From a virus (lineage: Duplodnaviria > Caudoviricetes): a stretch of 64,000 bases of DNA. The notes below the pieces were generated by a model, which had not been told where the DNA came from, did not search any database, and saw only the letters and a program-made list of their open reading frames with translations. The DNA lies in the IMG/VR virus record IMGVR_UViG_3300025387_000015, positions 12,555 through 76,554 of that record. One strand, written 5' to 3'. A program made the translations under genes and the position numbers. Positions 30,157 through 39,730 of this stretch are shown in pieces (positions within the stretch are counted from its first letter, which is position 1; every line of letters starts with the position of its first letter).

Positions 30157-30578
30157 TCCCAGCAAGAATAGAAGATGCCGTAATCATAAAGAATATCGAC
30201 GACGTAAGTTTCGAGAAGATATTTCATGAAGATCTAAAATACTATGAGCAATGTTTTAAAAATGGATACGATGTTTTTCTTTTGATGGTAGATGGTATAG
30301 CTGCAGGAGCGTTGATACTTTCGTTTATAGATTATGAAACAGTTGGTATTGAATCTATCTCAATAGCGCCTCAGTACCAGAAAAAGGGTTTAAGTAAATT
30401 CTTAATGGATTTTGTGGATGTTTATGCTGCTCCATATAAAAAGATTATTCTTGAAGTTTATATCGGTAACAAAAAAGCGATTGACATTTATACTAAAAAA
30501 GGGTATGATATAATTGCTACGTTGGAAGATTATTATGCTGATGGTTATAATGCATATGTTATGGAGAAAAAACTGTGA
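30141..30578 (+). CDS. GNAT acetyltransferase, RimI-like
   Basis: ISIAPQYQKKGLS acetyl-CoA motif, LEV..NKKAI..Y...GY, YYADGYNAYVM. Confidence 0.85.
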   Translation: MEKKIIPARIEDAVIIKNIDDVSFEKIFHEDLKYYEQCFKNGYDVFLLMVDGIAAGALILSFIDYETVGIESISIAPQYQKKGLSKFLMDFVDVYAAPYKKIILEVYIGNKKAIDIYTKKGYDIIATLEDYYADGYNAYVMEKKL

Positions 30579-30712
30579 AGTATTTTGATTTTGATATGCT
30601 CAACAAACATTTCGATGAACGATTATCATATATCTCTTCTTGGCTGTGGTTTATAATCATAGTCATGTCAGTATATGGTATTGCCAAAATGTTCTTAAAG
30701 TATGATAACTGA
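30575..30712 (+). CDS. 45-aa membrane peptide (not in ORF track)
   Basis: GTG overlapping the previous TGA, stop overlapping the next ATG; hydrophobic WLWFIIIVMSVYGIA. Confidence 0.55.
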   Translation: MKYFDFDMLNKHFDERLSYISSWLWFIIIVMSVYGIAKMFLKYDN

Positions 30713-31272
30713 TGAATATATTCTTTATCGATGAAAATCCTGTTCAAGCTGCGCAGTGGATGGTAGATCGTCATGTTGTTAAGATGATCTTAGAATCTGC
30801 ACAGCTTCTTTCAACCGCACATCGTATTCTCGATGGCAAAGAAATTCAGATACAAGCAAACATAGAACAAGAAGATGGTTCTCTCAAAACTCGCAAAAAG
30901 AAATTATGGATATTAGGAGACGCTCGTGACACAGTTTTATATTCAGCTACGCACATTAATCATCCGAGTTGTATATGGACTCGCGCAAGCGTTGAGAATT
31001 ATAATTGGTTAGTTGATCATTTCTTTGCTCTTATGCAAGAATATAATTATCGTTATGAAAAACAACATAAATGTTTTGGTGAACTTAGTTATATGCTACA
31101 ATCTCCACCAAAAAATCTAGAAGAATACGATATGACAGTAATTCCATCTGCTATGGATGATAAGTATATTGTGTCTGATAATCCTGTTGTTAATTATCGT
31201 AATTACTACAAAAATGGTAAAACCCATCTTCATAAATGGAAAAAACGTGAGGCTCCGGAGTGGATAAATTAA
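30712..31272 (+). CDS. Pyrimidine-dimer DNA glycosylase-like conserved phage protein
   Basis: MNIFFIDENP..DRHVVKMILESAQLLSTAH, THINHPSCIWTR, YRNYY. Confidence 0.6.
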   Translation: MNIFFIDENPVQAAQWMVDRHVVKMILESAQLLSTAHRILDGKEIQIQANIEQEDGSLKTRKKKLWILGDARDTVLYSATHINHPSCIWTRASVENYNWLVDHFFALMQEYNYRYEKQHKCFGELSYMLQSPPKNLEEYDMTVIPSAMDDKYIVSDNPVVNYRNYYKNGKTHLHKWKKREAPEWIN

Positions 31273-31838
31273 AAGAAACAGTCATTATTGATGACATTAT
31301 ATCAAACGATTTACAAGATAAATTTCATGATCTAGTCATGTCTCAGCCATTTAGGTTTTTGAAAGACATGTCTTATACTGATGGAGAAATTGTTAATCCA
31401 TCTTATGGGTTCAATTTATTGTTTAAACATCCAGAATATGGAGTATTATCTCCATTGTATGAACAAGTATGTGTTCCTATTGTCAATTCTGTGATAGAAA
31501 AACTTACTTTAGAGATTAAAGATATATATTATACTAGAGCTTTTCTTCAAGTTCCTTTGTCTAAAAAATTTTACAAAGGTAAAAATGGAGTACACGTAGA
31601 TATACCAGATCCACATTATGCTTGTGTTTACTATTTGAATGACTCAGATGGAGATACTATTATATACGAACAGAACATACATGATACTGATCCTGGTTCT
31701 AAAGGCGTAGATTTGATAAGACACAAAACAGTTACACCGAAAAAAGGTAGATTTGTTATGTTTGACGGTGCAAGGTATCACTGTTCGAGCCAGCCACAAG
31801 AAAACTATCGTTGTATAATAAACTTTGACTTAATATAA
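31260..31838 (+). CDS. Putative 2OG-Fe(II) oxygenase
   Basis: HVD..VYYLNDSDGDT, PKKGRFVMFDG..YHCSS, RCIINFD. Confidence 0.75.
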   Translation: MDKLKETVIIDDIISNDLQDKFHDLVMSQPFRFLKDMSYTDGEIVNPSYGFNLLFKHPEYGVLSPLYEQVCVPIVNSVIEKLTLEIKDIYYTRAFLQVPLSKKFYKGKNGVHVDIPDPHYACVYYLNDSDGDTIIYEQNIHDTDPGSKGVDLIRHKTVTPKKGRFVMFDGARYHCSSQPQENYRCIINFDLI

Positions 31839-31853
31839 GGAATGTAGTATAAT
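31825..31853 (+). promoter_or_regulatory. sigma70-like promoter TTGACT-N17-TATAAT
   Basis: Near-consensus; heads the MazG/TET cluster. Confidence 0.6.
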
Positions 31854-32229
31854 GTCAAATATGTTTCAGGATGTAAAAGATTTTCAAACAGCTGTTGGGC
31901 AGAATGTTGGAACAAAACCAGAATTACCTGATGGTGCTGAACGAGAGTTGAGACTTAAACTACTAAAGGAAGAATATGAAGAATACATTCAAGGAGAATG
32001 CCAAAACGATGTGGAGAATATTGCTAAAGAGCTCGCTGATATTATTTACATTGTTTGTGGCACTGCTGCATCTTACGGTATTCCCCTCGATAAAGTCTTC
32101 GACGCAGTACACGCCTCGAATATGGCAAAATTAGTTGATGGTAAACCAGTACGCCGTGCTGATGGTAAAATTCTGAAACCAGATGGTTGGCGACCACCTG
32201 ATATTAAATCTATTTTATGGAGTGAGTGA
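31852..32229 (+). CDS. MazG-like (all-alpha) NTP pyrophosphohydrolase
   Basis: LLKEEYEEY, KELADIIY, VHASNMAK, RADGKILKP. Confidence 0.82.
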   Translation: MSNMFQDVKDFQTAVGQNVGTKPELPDGAERELRLKLLKEEYEEYIQGECQNDVENIAKELADIIYIVCGTAASYGIPLDKVFDAVHASNMAKLVDGKPVRRADGKILKPDGWRPPDIKSILWSE

Positions 32230-33596
32230 TGGTTAAACAGATTGTAGCAAAAGAAAAAATTGATTGCACACATCTTCTTGGTACATTCCTTGACGAAAGT
32301 CATTTTGATGTGGTAATTGAAGAAGATTGTGACGGTTATCAACCTGCCATATGCGATCTTGGGCAGAAAGCAGTTTGTGATATTGAATGTGATAATTGTG
32401 ATAAAGGTCATGACGAGCGTAGAATTGCTTTTAAGTTTCGCAAGAATTTCTTTTCTAAAGAAGAACAGGATATGGCTTATCGTGGTTTGAGAGAAGCTGC
32501 GACAGAAAGTCAAAATCGTGGTCTTGCTGCTGGGCCACGTGGAGAAATGTTAGCAACGGAGGGTCGTGGCGGTAGAGATTGGGTTACTCCTTATCAACAC
32601 GAGATTCTTGATTTTCTTTTGGATGATGGTGCTAATCTTTACAATGATACTTCGATTGCGAGTATTCGCGAGAAGTATAAAAATGGCAACCCAAAGGATT
32701 CAGATGAAACACGTGGAACTGTTTGGTTACGTTCAGAAGTAACTAAAAGATACCCTGAATATCATGGCTGGTTTGATAAATGGGTAGATGGTCTTAGTAA
32801 CAAATCTAAAGATGAAGTTCTAGCAGAAGCAAAAATGGTTGCCGAGAAGTGGGCATCTACAACCAATTATGCTAAATCTGTATTCTCCGGTGTTGCTGGT
32901 TGGTATGATAGATACCCAAGAATTCCTTATGGTCGTGCTACTTCTTATACTGAGAAACACCCAGAATTGTTTGAACTAGCATATCCTTTCCTTCAAACAT
33001 TGAATGATGGTTTTAAAGAATTACTTCCTTGGCGTTGGGCAAACCAGAAACGTCAAGCAGATAAACTTGATCCACGTTTCTTGGTTCCTGGAACTGTTTT
33101 CACAACAATTACTGTTAATAAAACTTTCCGTACAGCAGCACATCTTGATGCTGGTGATTATGCCGATGGCCTAAGTAATCTACTTGTTCTAGGAACTGGA
33201 GAATATACTGGAGGTTATCTTGTATTTCCGGAATATCGTATTGCTATTAATGTTCGCCCTGGTGATCTTCTTCTTGTCAACAATCATGAAGTTATCCATG
33301 GAAACACACCTATTGTTCTTAACAATCCTGACGACCCTACTTGTGAGCGTATTTCTGTAGTATGTTACTTCAGAGAAAAGATGTTAGAACTACAGTCTTA
33401 TGAGTATGAAAATCTAAGACGTAAATATGTTGATGAACGTAGACTAAATAAATCACACAAACTACAACGTCCGTTGTGGAATGGTATCTCTCCCGGAATG
33501 TGGGAAGAAAAAGAATGGTATGATTTTCTCCATGCTCATGGTATGAAAGATCCATATGGTAATGATGAATTGGCGAGTTTGGAAGGATTTTTCTAA
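32226..33596 (+). CDS. TET/JBP-family 2OG-Fe(II) dioxygenase
   Basis: FTTITVNKTFRTAAHLDAGD (HxD), GGYLVFPEY, GDLLLVNNHEVIHGNT (distal H), ERISVVCYFRE. Confidence 0.82.
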   Translation: MMVKQIVAKEKIDCTHLLGTFLDESHFDVVIEEDCDGYQPAICDLGQKAVCDIECDNCDKGHDERRIAFKFRKNFFSKEEQDMAYRGLREAATESQNRGLAAGPRGEMLATEGRGGRDWVTPYQHEILDFLLDDGANLYNDTSIASIREKYKNGNPKDSDETRGTVWLRSEVTKRYPEYHGWFDKWVDGLSNKSKDEVLAEAKMVAEKWASTTNYAKSVFSGVAGWYDRYPRIPYGRATSYTEKHPELFELAYPFLQTLNDGFKELLPWRWANQKRQADKLDPRFLVPGTVFTTITVNKTFRTAAHLDAGDYADGLSNLLVLGTGEYTGGYLVFPEYRIAINVRPGDLLLVNNHEVIHGNTPIVLNNPDDPTCERISVVCYFREKMLELQSYEYENLRRKYVDERRLNKSHKLQRPLWNGISPGMWEEKEWYDFLHAHGMKDPYGNDELASLEGFF

Positions 33597-34381
33597 TGGA
33601 TTATCAAATAGCAATCCCATCATACAAACGTCCAGAAACTATCAAAAAGAAAACATTGAAAGTTCTCGAGAGTTATAATATTGATCCTTCTCGTATTACA
33701 ATTTTCGTGGCGGATGATGAAGAACTTACTAAGTATAAAGAATCCTTAAAAGATACACCTTATCAGAAACTTGTTGTTGGTGTTCATACCATTGGTGCCC
33801 AACGTAACTTCATCGAAAAGTATTATCCTGAGGGAACAAAACTCATGATGTTTGATGATGACGTTGAAGAAGTTCAAAAGAAAATTAGTGAACAAAAGCT
33901 CGGAAGAATTGACAATTTAGAAGAAGAGGTTATAATAAAAGGGTTTGAAGAATGCGAGAAAATTGGAGCTAAGACTTTTGGTATCTACGCAGCTTCTAAT
34001 GCTTATTTTATGAAAGATAGAATATATACCAAACTTTGTTATATTATTGCCTCTATGTTTGGAGTTATTGTCGAACATTCCAACGATCTTGAGCGTGTGA
34101 CAAATCATGGCGAAGATTATGAATATTCTATTCGTCAGTATATACGTAATGGTTCGGTTGTTAGGTTTGACAATTATACAGTAAAATCTAACTATTATAA
34201 AGAAGATGGTGGATTACAAACTATTCGCACAAAAGAATATGTTTATGAATCTATTAAAAAGATCGCAGATATGTTTCCTGATTTCTGTACGATGTATATC
34301 AGAGAATCGACTGGTAATGCTGAATTGAGATTAAAGGATACAAGAAAAGAAGTTGGAAATACTTTAGAAAGTTTCTTTTGA
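33596..34381 (+). CDS. TET-associated (GREB1-like) glycosyltransferase, GT-A fold
   Basis: IAIPSYKR, RNFI, MFDDDV, GEDYEYS; coupled to the TET/JBP gene. Confidence 0.75.
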   Translation: MDYQIAIPSYKRPETIKKKTLKVLESYNIDPSRITIFVADDEELTKYKESLKDTPYQKLVVGVHTIGAQRNFIEKYYPEGTKLMMFDDDVEEVQKKISEQKLGRIDNLEEEVIIKGFEECEKIGAKTFGIYAASNAYFMKDRIYTKLCYIIASMFGVIVEHSNDLERVTNHGEDYEYSIRQYIRNGSVVRFDNYTVKSNYYKEDGGLQTIRTKEYVYESIKKIADMFPDFCTMYIRESTGNAELRLKDTRKEVGNTLESFF

Positions 34382-34395
34382 TTATTGGAGGAATT

Positions 34396-34767
34396 ATGGC
34401 AAAGGTGACGCATGGTGGGTATATGTTTGAGAATGGTGATACATTTACCCAAACAGTATCTGTTTCTTCTACAGGTTCTTTAAAATTAGAACCACTTTAC
34501 AAATATGCAGAAGGACAGATTATATCAGATTTCAAAGAATATATAGATAAAACGTATCAGCAGCACTACAAGACAGAAGAAGATAGGATCGAATGTTTTG
34601 ATGCTTGGATTGCTCTTGATGATGCCACACCTACTTTCAGAAATACTGCTTTAAAGTATTTGTGGCGTTATGGTAAGAAGAATGGTAATAATAAAGATGA
34701 TTTAATGAAAGCTCTTCATTATATTCTAATGTGTTTATATAACGATCATTACAAGAAAGGTGAATAA
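34396..34767 (+). CDS. DUF3310/SaV-like protein
   Basis: HY..IECFD..NTALKYLWRYGKK...DDLMKALHY. Confidence 0.75.
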   Translation: MAKVTHGGYMFENGDTFTQTVSVSSTGSLKLEPLYKYAEGQIISDFKEYIDKTYQQHYKTEEDRIECFDAWIALDDATPTFRNTALKYLWRYGKKNGNNKDDLMKALHYILMCLYNDHYKKGE

Positions 34768-34770
34768 ATT

Positions 34771-35625
34771 ATGGAAATTCAAATCCCAGTAGAAAAGCTA
34801 CGCGAACGTGGACTGTTTGTTGCCACTCCTATGTATGGTGGTCAGTGCGCAGGTATGTTTGCTCGTTCAGTAGCTGATTTGTCGGCTCTGTGCACAAAGT
34901 ATGGTATTCCTTTACAGTTCTATTTCTTGTTCAATGAGTCGTTGATTACTCGAGCAAGAAACTATTGTTGCGATGAATTCATGCGTTCTAACACACAACA
35001 CATGATGTTTATTGACTCTGATATTGGTTTCAATCCACAAGATGTTATTGCTCTTATGGCTCTTCAAGCAAATGACGAGAAGTATGACATCATTGGTGGC
35101 CCATATCCTAAGAAGTGTATCTCTTGGGAAAAGATTAAGCACGCTGTTGATAAAGGTGTTGCTGATGAAGATCCAAACGTTCTGGAGAAGTTCGTTGGTG
35201 ATTATGTGTTCAATCCAAAGGGTAATCAGACAAGCATTCCTCTTTCAGAACCAGTTGAGGTTCTTGAGATTGGAACTGGTTTTATGATGGTAACAAAGAA
35301 TGCTATGCAGAAATTCTACGATTCTTATAAAGATCAGTACTCATATAAACCAGATCATGTTCGCACTGAACATTTTGATGGTTCACGTGAAATCCTTATG
35401 TACTTCCAAGCAGAAGTTGATCCAGTTTCTAAGCGATATCTTTCAGAAGACTACTGGTTCTGCCAGAAAGCGCAGCAGATTGGTCTAACAACTTGGTTCT
35501 GTCCTTGGATGGTTCTACAACATGTTGGTACATATATTTTTGGTGGGTCTCTTGCTGATATTGCTTCAGTTGGTGCATCAGCTACAGCTGATCCGTCAAA
35601 ACTTGGTGGTAAGAAAAAGAAGTAA
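34771..35625 (+). CDS. GT-A fold glycosyltransferase-like protein
   Basis: FVATPMYGG, ESLITRARN, FIDSD (DxD), YLSEDYWFC. Confidence 0.75.
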   Translation: MEIQIPVEKLRERGLFVATPMYGGQCAGMFARSVADLSALCTKYGIPLQFYFLFNESLITRARNYCCDEFMRSNTQHMMFIDSDIGFNPQDVIALMALQANDEKYDIIGGPYPKKCISWEKIKHAVDKGVADEDPNVLEKFVGDYVFNPKGNQTSIPLSEPVEVLEIGTGFMMVTKNAMQKFYDSYKDQYSYKPDHVRTEHFDGSREILMYFQAEVDPVSKRYLSEDYWFCQKAQQIGLTTWFCPWMVLQHVGTYIFGGSLADIASVGASATADPSKLGGKKKK

Positions 35626-35640
35626 GCGAAAGGATATATT

Positions 35641-36294
35641 ATGAATATTAGTGCAAACACCGTTACTGTTCTTAAAAACTTCCATTCTATCAATCCTTCG
35701 ATTGTTATCAAGGAAGGCAATGTGCTGGAGACTATCTCCAGCACTAAAACAATCAAAGCAAAAGCAGTAGTTAATACTACTTTCCCTCGTCGGTTTGCTA
35801 TGTATGATCTCAATAAATTAATCTCTATGATTAGTTTTTATGAGAATCCACAATTAAGGTTTGAGGACAATAGCGTAGTTGTATTTGATGGAACAGAACA
35901 AACAGTTATTCCTTATTCAGATGAATCAACTATAATTAAGGTTCCTGAAAAGGAAATTAAGTTGCCTTCTATTGATGTTTCAGTTAAGATTACTAATGAT
36001 AATATCAAGAAGGTAGAAAAGGCTCTTGGATTGCTTTCTGTTCCAGAAATCTTTATTTCAGGAGATGGTAATACTGTTTATCTCCAAGCAGCTGATTCAA
36101 AGAATCCATCAAGTTATTCTCACTCTATTCCTGTTGGAGAGACGGATAAAACTTTCCGTGCAATTTTTAAAGCGGAGAATATTAAAGTTTTGCCAGGTGA
36201 TTATAATGTTGAAATTTGTTCTAAAGGTATCTCAAGGTTCTTTAACGATAATCTAGAGTACTTTATTGCAGTTGAATCAACTTCAACTTTCTGA
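35641..36294 (+). CDS. gp45: Sliding clamp gp45
   Basis: LKNFHSINPSI, FAMYDLN, PGDYNV, YFIAVE. Confidence 0.9.
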   Translation: MNISANTVTVLKNFHSINPSIVIKEGNVLETISSTKTIKAKAVVNTTFPRRFAMYDLNKLISMISFYENPQLRFEDNSVVVFDGTEQTVIPYSDESTIIKVPEKEIKLPSIDVSVKITNDNIKKVEKALGLLSVPEIFISGDGNTVYLQAADSKNPSSYSHSIPVGETDKTFRAIFKAENIKVLPGDYNVEICSKGISRFFNDNLEYFIAVESTSTF

Positions 36295-36301
36295 TAAAAT
36301 T

Positions 36302-36327
36302 GGGGGTCTTGCACCCCCTTCTTTTTG
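36302..36327 (+). terminator. Rho-independent terminator-like hairpin after gp45
   Basis: GGGGGT-CTTGC-ACCCCC followed by TTCTTTTT. Confidence 0.65.
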
Positions 36328-36342
36328 TTATGATGGAGAAAT

Positions 36343-36642
36343 GTGATGAGAATGCCAAAGAGACCCAGAACTGGGGTCGTCACGAGAAAGATTGCAGAAG
36401 ATTTACAAGTAACGACCATTTATGGTAACAAAGAAGTTGTTAAAATTACTTGCGCAACTTGTGGTATTCCGAAACTAAAATCTGAATTTTATTTAGAATC
36501 CAAAAGTAAAAGGAAGTACCAAAATCAAGTAAGAAAACAGTGTGTTAATTGTTGGGATCAATACAATGGATACATGGGTCCAAACAAAACTGTTTCTAGC
36601 AACAATATTATATCATTCTGTGAAGAGGTCGTAGATGCTTGA
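36343..36642 (+). CDS. Small zinc-finger protein
   Basis: CATC...KSEFY...CVNC. Confidence 0.6.
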   Translation: MMRMPKRPRTGVVTRKIAEDLQVTTIYGNKEVVKITCATCGIPKLKSEFYLESKSKRKYQNQVRKQCVNCWDQYNGYMGPNKTVSSNNIISFCEEVVDA

Positions 36643-37573
36643 GCAATTTTTGTGGGTAGAGAAATATCGCCCAAAGACTATAGAAGAAACTATTTTACCT
36701 TGTGACTTAAAAGCAGTATTCCAACAGTTTGTCGATCAGAAAAGTATACCTAATCTTATACTTACTGGAACAGCAGGTATTGGAAAAACTACTGTAGCAA
36801 AAGCAATGCTCGAACAACTTGGTTGTGATTATATTGTAATTAATGGATCTATGAATGGCAATATCGATACCTTACGAAATGAAATTCTTAACTTCGCATC
36901 AGCAGTATCATTATCAGGTGGAAGAAAATACGTTATCCTTGATGAAGCAGATTACCTTAATGCCAACAGCACTCAACCTGCACTTCGCAACTTCATGGAA
37001 GAATTTTCCAGAAACTGTGGATTTATTCTCACATGTAATTTCAAAAATAGAATTATCGAACCGTTACATTCTAGGTGCTCTGTCATAGATTTTAAAATAA
37101 ATAAAAAAACAACAGCTAAACTGGCTGCTCAATTTTTCAAAAGATGCTGTCTGATATTGGAACAGGAGGAAATTAAACATGACAAAGCAGTTGTGGCAGA
37201 AGTTATCAACAAACACTTCCCAGACTGGAGGCGTGTACTCAATGAATTACAGAGATATTCTGCTACTGGCAGTATTGATTCTGGTATTCTTGCCAATCTT
37301 CAGGAAACTTCCATCAAGCAGCTTATTGAGTTCATAAAAGAAAAGAATTTCACTGAAGTCCGTAAATGGGTATTTGAAAATCTAGACACAAACGTAAATG
37401 AATTGTTCAGAAAATTATATGACACTTCTTCTGAATATCTTAAACCAAATGAAATTCCAGCTTTTGTTTTGCTTATAAGTAAATATCAATATCAGTCTGC
37501 TTTTGTTGCAGATCAAGAAATAAACTTGGTTGCATTTTTCTCTGAAGTAATGTTAGAAGGTTTCTATAGATGA
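36635..37573 (+). CDS. gp44: Clamp loader large subunit gp44
   Basis: LWVEKYRP, GTAGIGKT, LDEADYL, PLHSRC. Confidence 0.95.
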   Translation: MLEQFLWVEKYRPKTIEETILPCDLKAVFQQFVDQKSIPNLILTGTAGIGKTTVAKAMLEQLGCDYIVINGSMNGNIDTLRNEILNFASAVSLSGGRKYVILDEADYLNANSTQPALRNFMEEFSRNCGFILTCNFKNRIIEPLHSRCSVIDFKINKKTTAKLAAQFFKRCCLILEQEEIKHDKAVVAEVINKHFPDWRRVLNELQRYSATGSIDSGILANLQETSIKQLIEFIKEKNFTEVRKWVFENLDTNVNELFRKLYDTSSEYLKPNEIPAFVLLISKYQYQSAFVADQEINLVAFFSEVMLEGFYR

Positions 37574-37932
37574 ACCCTTTTGACTTAGTAAATGATATAT
37601 CATATGCAAAGAAATATATTCTAGAAGAAGAAAAGCATTATTTACCCTTTATAGTAAATACTCATTTTTCTTATTTTGGTGATTCTATATTCTTTGCTAA
37701 TGAAATGAATATGAATTACCATTTAGATAAGAAATTACAACATGACTATTATTTTCATGCCCTTCGTAAAAACAAAAGAAAGTCTAAATGGCACAAAAAA
37801 GGAAATGAAGACTCATTAGATTGCATACAACGTTATTATGGATATGGACCACAAAAGGCAAAAGAAGCTGCCAAGATCTTATCCAAGAAACAGGTCGAAT
37901 ATATTGTTAAAAAAATGACTCCAGAAGCATAA
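37570..37932 (+). CDS. gp62: Clamp loader small subunit gp62
   Basis: YLPFIVN, ANEMN, YYGY; synteny. Confidence 0.88.
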   Translation: MNPFDLVNDISYAKKYILEEEKHYLPFIVNTHFSYFGDSIFFANEMNMNYHLDKKLQHDYYFHALRKNKRKSKWHKKGNEDSLDCIQRYYGYGPQKAKEAAKILSKKQVEYIVKKMTPEA

Positions 37933-37943
37933 ACACAATTTTA

Positions 37944-37951
37944 TATAAATA
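37944..37951 (+). promoter_or_regulatory. T4-type late promoter TATAAATA
   Basis: Exact consensus upstream of regA. Confidence 0.65.
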
Positions 37952-37986
37952 TTCGGTATGCAATAATAATAAGAAAAGGGTGAATT

Positions 37987-38391
37987 ATGAATGATATTTT
38001 AGACTCTCTAATTGAGGTTAAGATTGATGGAGAAGAGTCTTTCTTAAAGATCAAAGAAACTCTAACTAGAATTGGTGTTGCTTCTCGTAAAGAAAACAAG
38101 TTATACCAATCCTGTCATATCTTCCATAAACAAGGGCATTATTATATTGTCCATTTTAAAGAAATGTTTATAATTGATGGAAAACCATCAAATTTCTCAG
38201 AAGAAGATATGGGTCGCCGAAACAAAATTGCAGAACTACTCCAAGACTGGGGTCTATTGAAAATTGTAGACCAAGAAAGAATCAAAGATCCAATCGCACC
38301 AATGAATCAGATCAAAGTTCTTAATTATAAAGAAAAAGATCAATGGACATTGGAAGCAAAATATCAGATAGGTCGTAAACGAACCACTTAA
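37987..38391 (+). CDS. regA: Translational repressor RegA
   Basis: FLKIKETLTRIGVAS, LYQSCHIFHKQGHYYIVHFKE. Confidence 0.95.
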   Translation: MNDILDSLIEVKIDGEESFLKIKETLTRIGVASRKENKLYQSCHIFHKQGHYYIVHFKEMFIIDGKPSNFSEEDMGRRNKIAELLQDWGLLKIVDQERIKDPIAPMNQIKVLNYKEKDQWTLEAKYQIGRKRTT

Positions 38392-38406
38392 TGGAGAAAA
38401 TATATT

Positions 38407-38772
38407 ATGTTTGGATTTACTGTGAAGAAAAAAATTGAAACTCCAGCTGATGAAAAAATAGAGGAAATTAAGAATATTTTATTTCCTCCTTCCTCAGTAA
38501 GAGAAAAGTACGACGAAGAACAAGATAAAACAATCAAATATCAAGTAGACTACAGCATAGATATGAATCTAGATGCTGCTATCATTGATCTACAATCCGG
38601 TTACAATGATGAAACAGTCATAAATACTCTCAATGATACTTTAGATCGACTCTATAAAGTTAGAGAACTACTCGAAGCTCATGCCGAGATTGATAAAAAT
38701 GCCGAGTATATTATTGTCGACTCGATGAAACATAATCCGGATCTCGAGAATATAGAAGCATCAGAAATTTGA
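38407..38772 (+). CDS. Hypothetical protein
   Basis: ORF with GGAG SD. Confidence 0.6.
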   Translation: MFGFTVKKKIETPADEKIEEIKNILFPPSSVREKYDEEQDKTIKYQVDYSIDMNLDAAIIDLQSGYNDETVINTLNDTLDRLYKVRELLEAHAEIDKNAEYIIVDSMKHNPDLENIEASEI

Positions 38773-38797
38773 CTTTTTCAGAAATTTAAAGTATAAT
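38769..38797 (+). promoter_or_regulatory. sigma70-like promoter TTGACT-N17-TATAAT
   Basis: Near-consensus upstream of 38821. Confidence 0.65.
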
Positions 38798-38820
38798 AGA
38801 TATACGATAGGAGATCGCGT

Positions 38821-39231
38821 ATGTCTATGCATATTCTTCCCGCTTATTACACAACAACTGTTTCTCGACGTAAGTCCAAGAAAAAAACTAAAGATAAAAT
38901 CACACAACACGATATATGGTTACTTAAGAATGGTGTTCATCCTGAACAAATTCGTTTAAAGAAAACAGTTGACAAAAATTGGAAAAAAGAGTATAATGAA
39001 TCGTTGAAGGTTGATCGTAGTGATTATGTTTCCTCAGGTTTGTCAGGTTCTAAGTCTTCCTGCGCAAAACGTGATATTATGACCAATCTTCACAAAGAAC
39101 CAAAACATGTGCAAGATGCAATTTTAGAGAAAGCGTCAAGAGTTATGCCACTTTATAACAAAGGTGGTTTACAGTTACTTTCTCCAAAAGATGATTTAAC
39201 TCAAATCGGTACCAAGTCTAGAAGAGGATAA
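38821..39231 (+). CDS. Hypothetical phage protein
   Basis: ORF with AGGAG SD; PLYNKGGLQ motif. Confidence 0.6.
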   Translation: MSMHILPAYYTTTVSRRKSKKKTKDKITQHDIWLLKNGVHPEQIRLKKTVDKNWKKEYNESLKVDRSDYVSSGLSGSKSSCAKRDIMTNLHKEPKHVQDAILEKASRVMPLYNKGGLQLLSPKDDLTQIGTKSRRG

Positions 39232-39236
39232 TTATA

Positions 39237-39452
39237 ATGGTTAAGACAACAGTAAGTGAGACTAATATCCTTACGGATAAAATTTCTAAAATCAGTGAAT
39301 CTTTTACTATCAATATGTATAATAATGGATTCATGTTAGAATTTAGTGGTAATGATAACAACGATGATTGGGCTACCATCAAGATCGTTTGTAAAACCAC
39401 TAAAGAAGTCTTGGATTTGATCCAAGAAGCTGTTAAAATGCAACGTTATTGA
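39237..39452 (+). CDS. Hypothetical protein
   Basis: ORF with GAGGA SD. Confidence 0.55.
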   Translation: MVKTTVSETNILTDKISKISESFTINMYNNGFMLEFSGNDNNDDWATIKIVCKTTKEVLDLIQEAVKMQRY

Positions 39453-39463
39453 GGAGAAAATAT

Positions 39464-39727
39464 ATGACTGCTAGTATTACTAAGGTTGAGAAAGTTTTTG
39501 AAGCTCTTGTTGGTCGTGGTGAAGAGTTAACTGCTGCTCAAATCAAGACACGTTATGGTATTGCTAACCCACATGATGCTATTTACCAGATCCGTCAGCA
39601 GGGTTATGCAATTTATTTGAACGAGAAGAAGAACTCAAAAGGTGAAACTGTTGCTCGTTATCGTTACGGCAATCCTTCTCGTAAGCTAGTTGCTGCTGGC
39701 TATCGCGCATTGGCCGCTGGCCTCTGA
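39464..39727 (+). CDS. Winged-HTH DNA-binding protein
   Basis: ELTAAQIKTRYGIANPHDAIYQIRQQGY helix-turn-helix pattern; GAGGAG SD. Confidence 0.6.
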   Translation: MTASITKVEKVFEALVGRGEELTAAQIKTRYGIANPHDAIYQIRQQGYAIYLNEKKNSKGETVARYRYGNPSRKLVAAGYRALAAGL

Positions 39728-39730
39728 GAT

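Noticed and set aside
34771-35625. Assignment as T4 alpha/beta-glucosyltransferase
   Set aside because: T4 Agt/Bgt are GT-B fold, whereas this protein has GT-A DxD motifs; no dCMP hydroxymethylase is in the window
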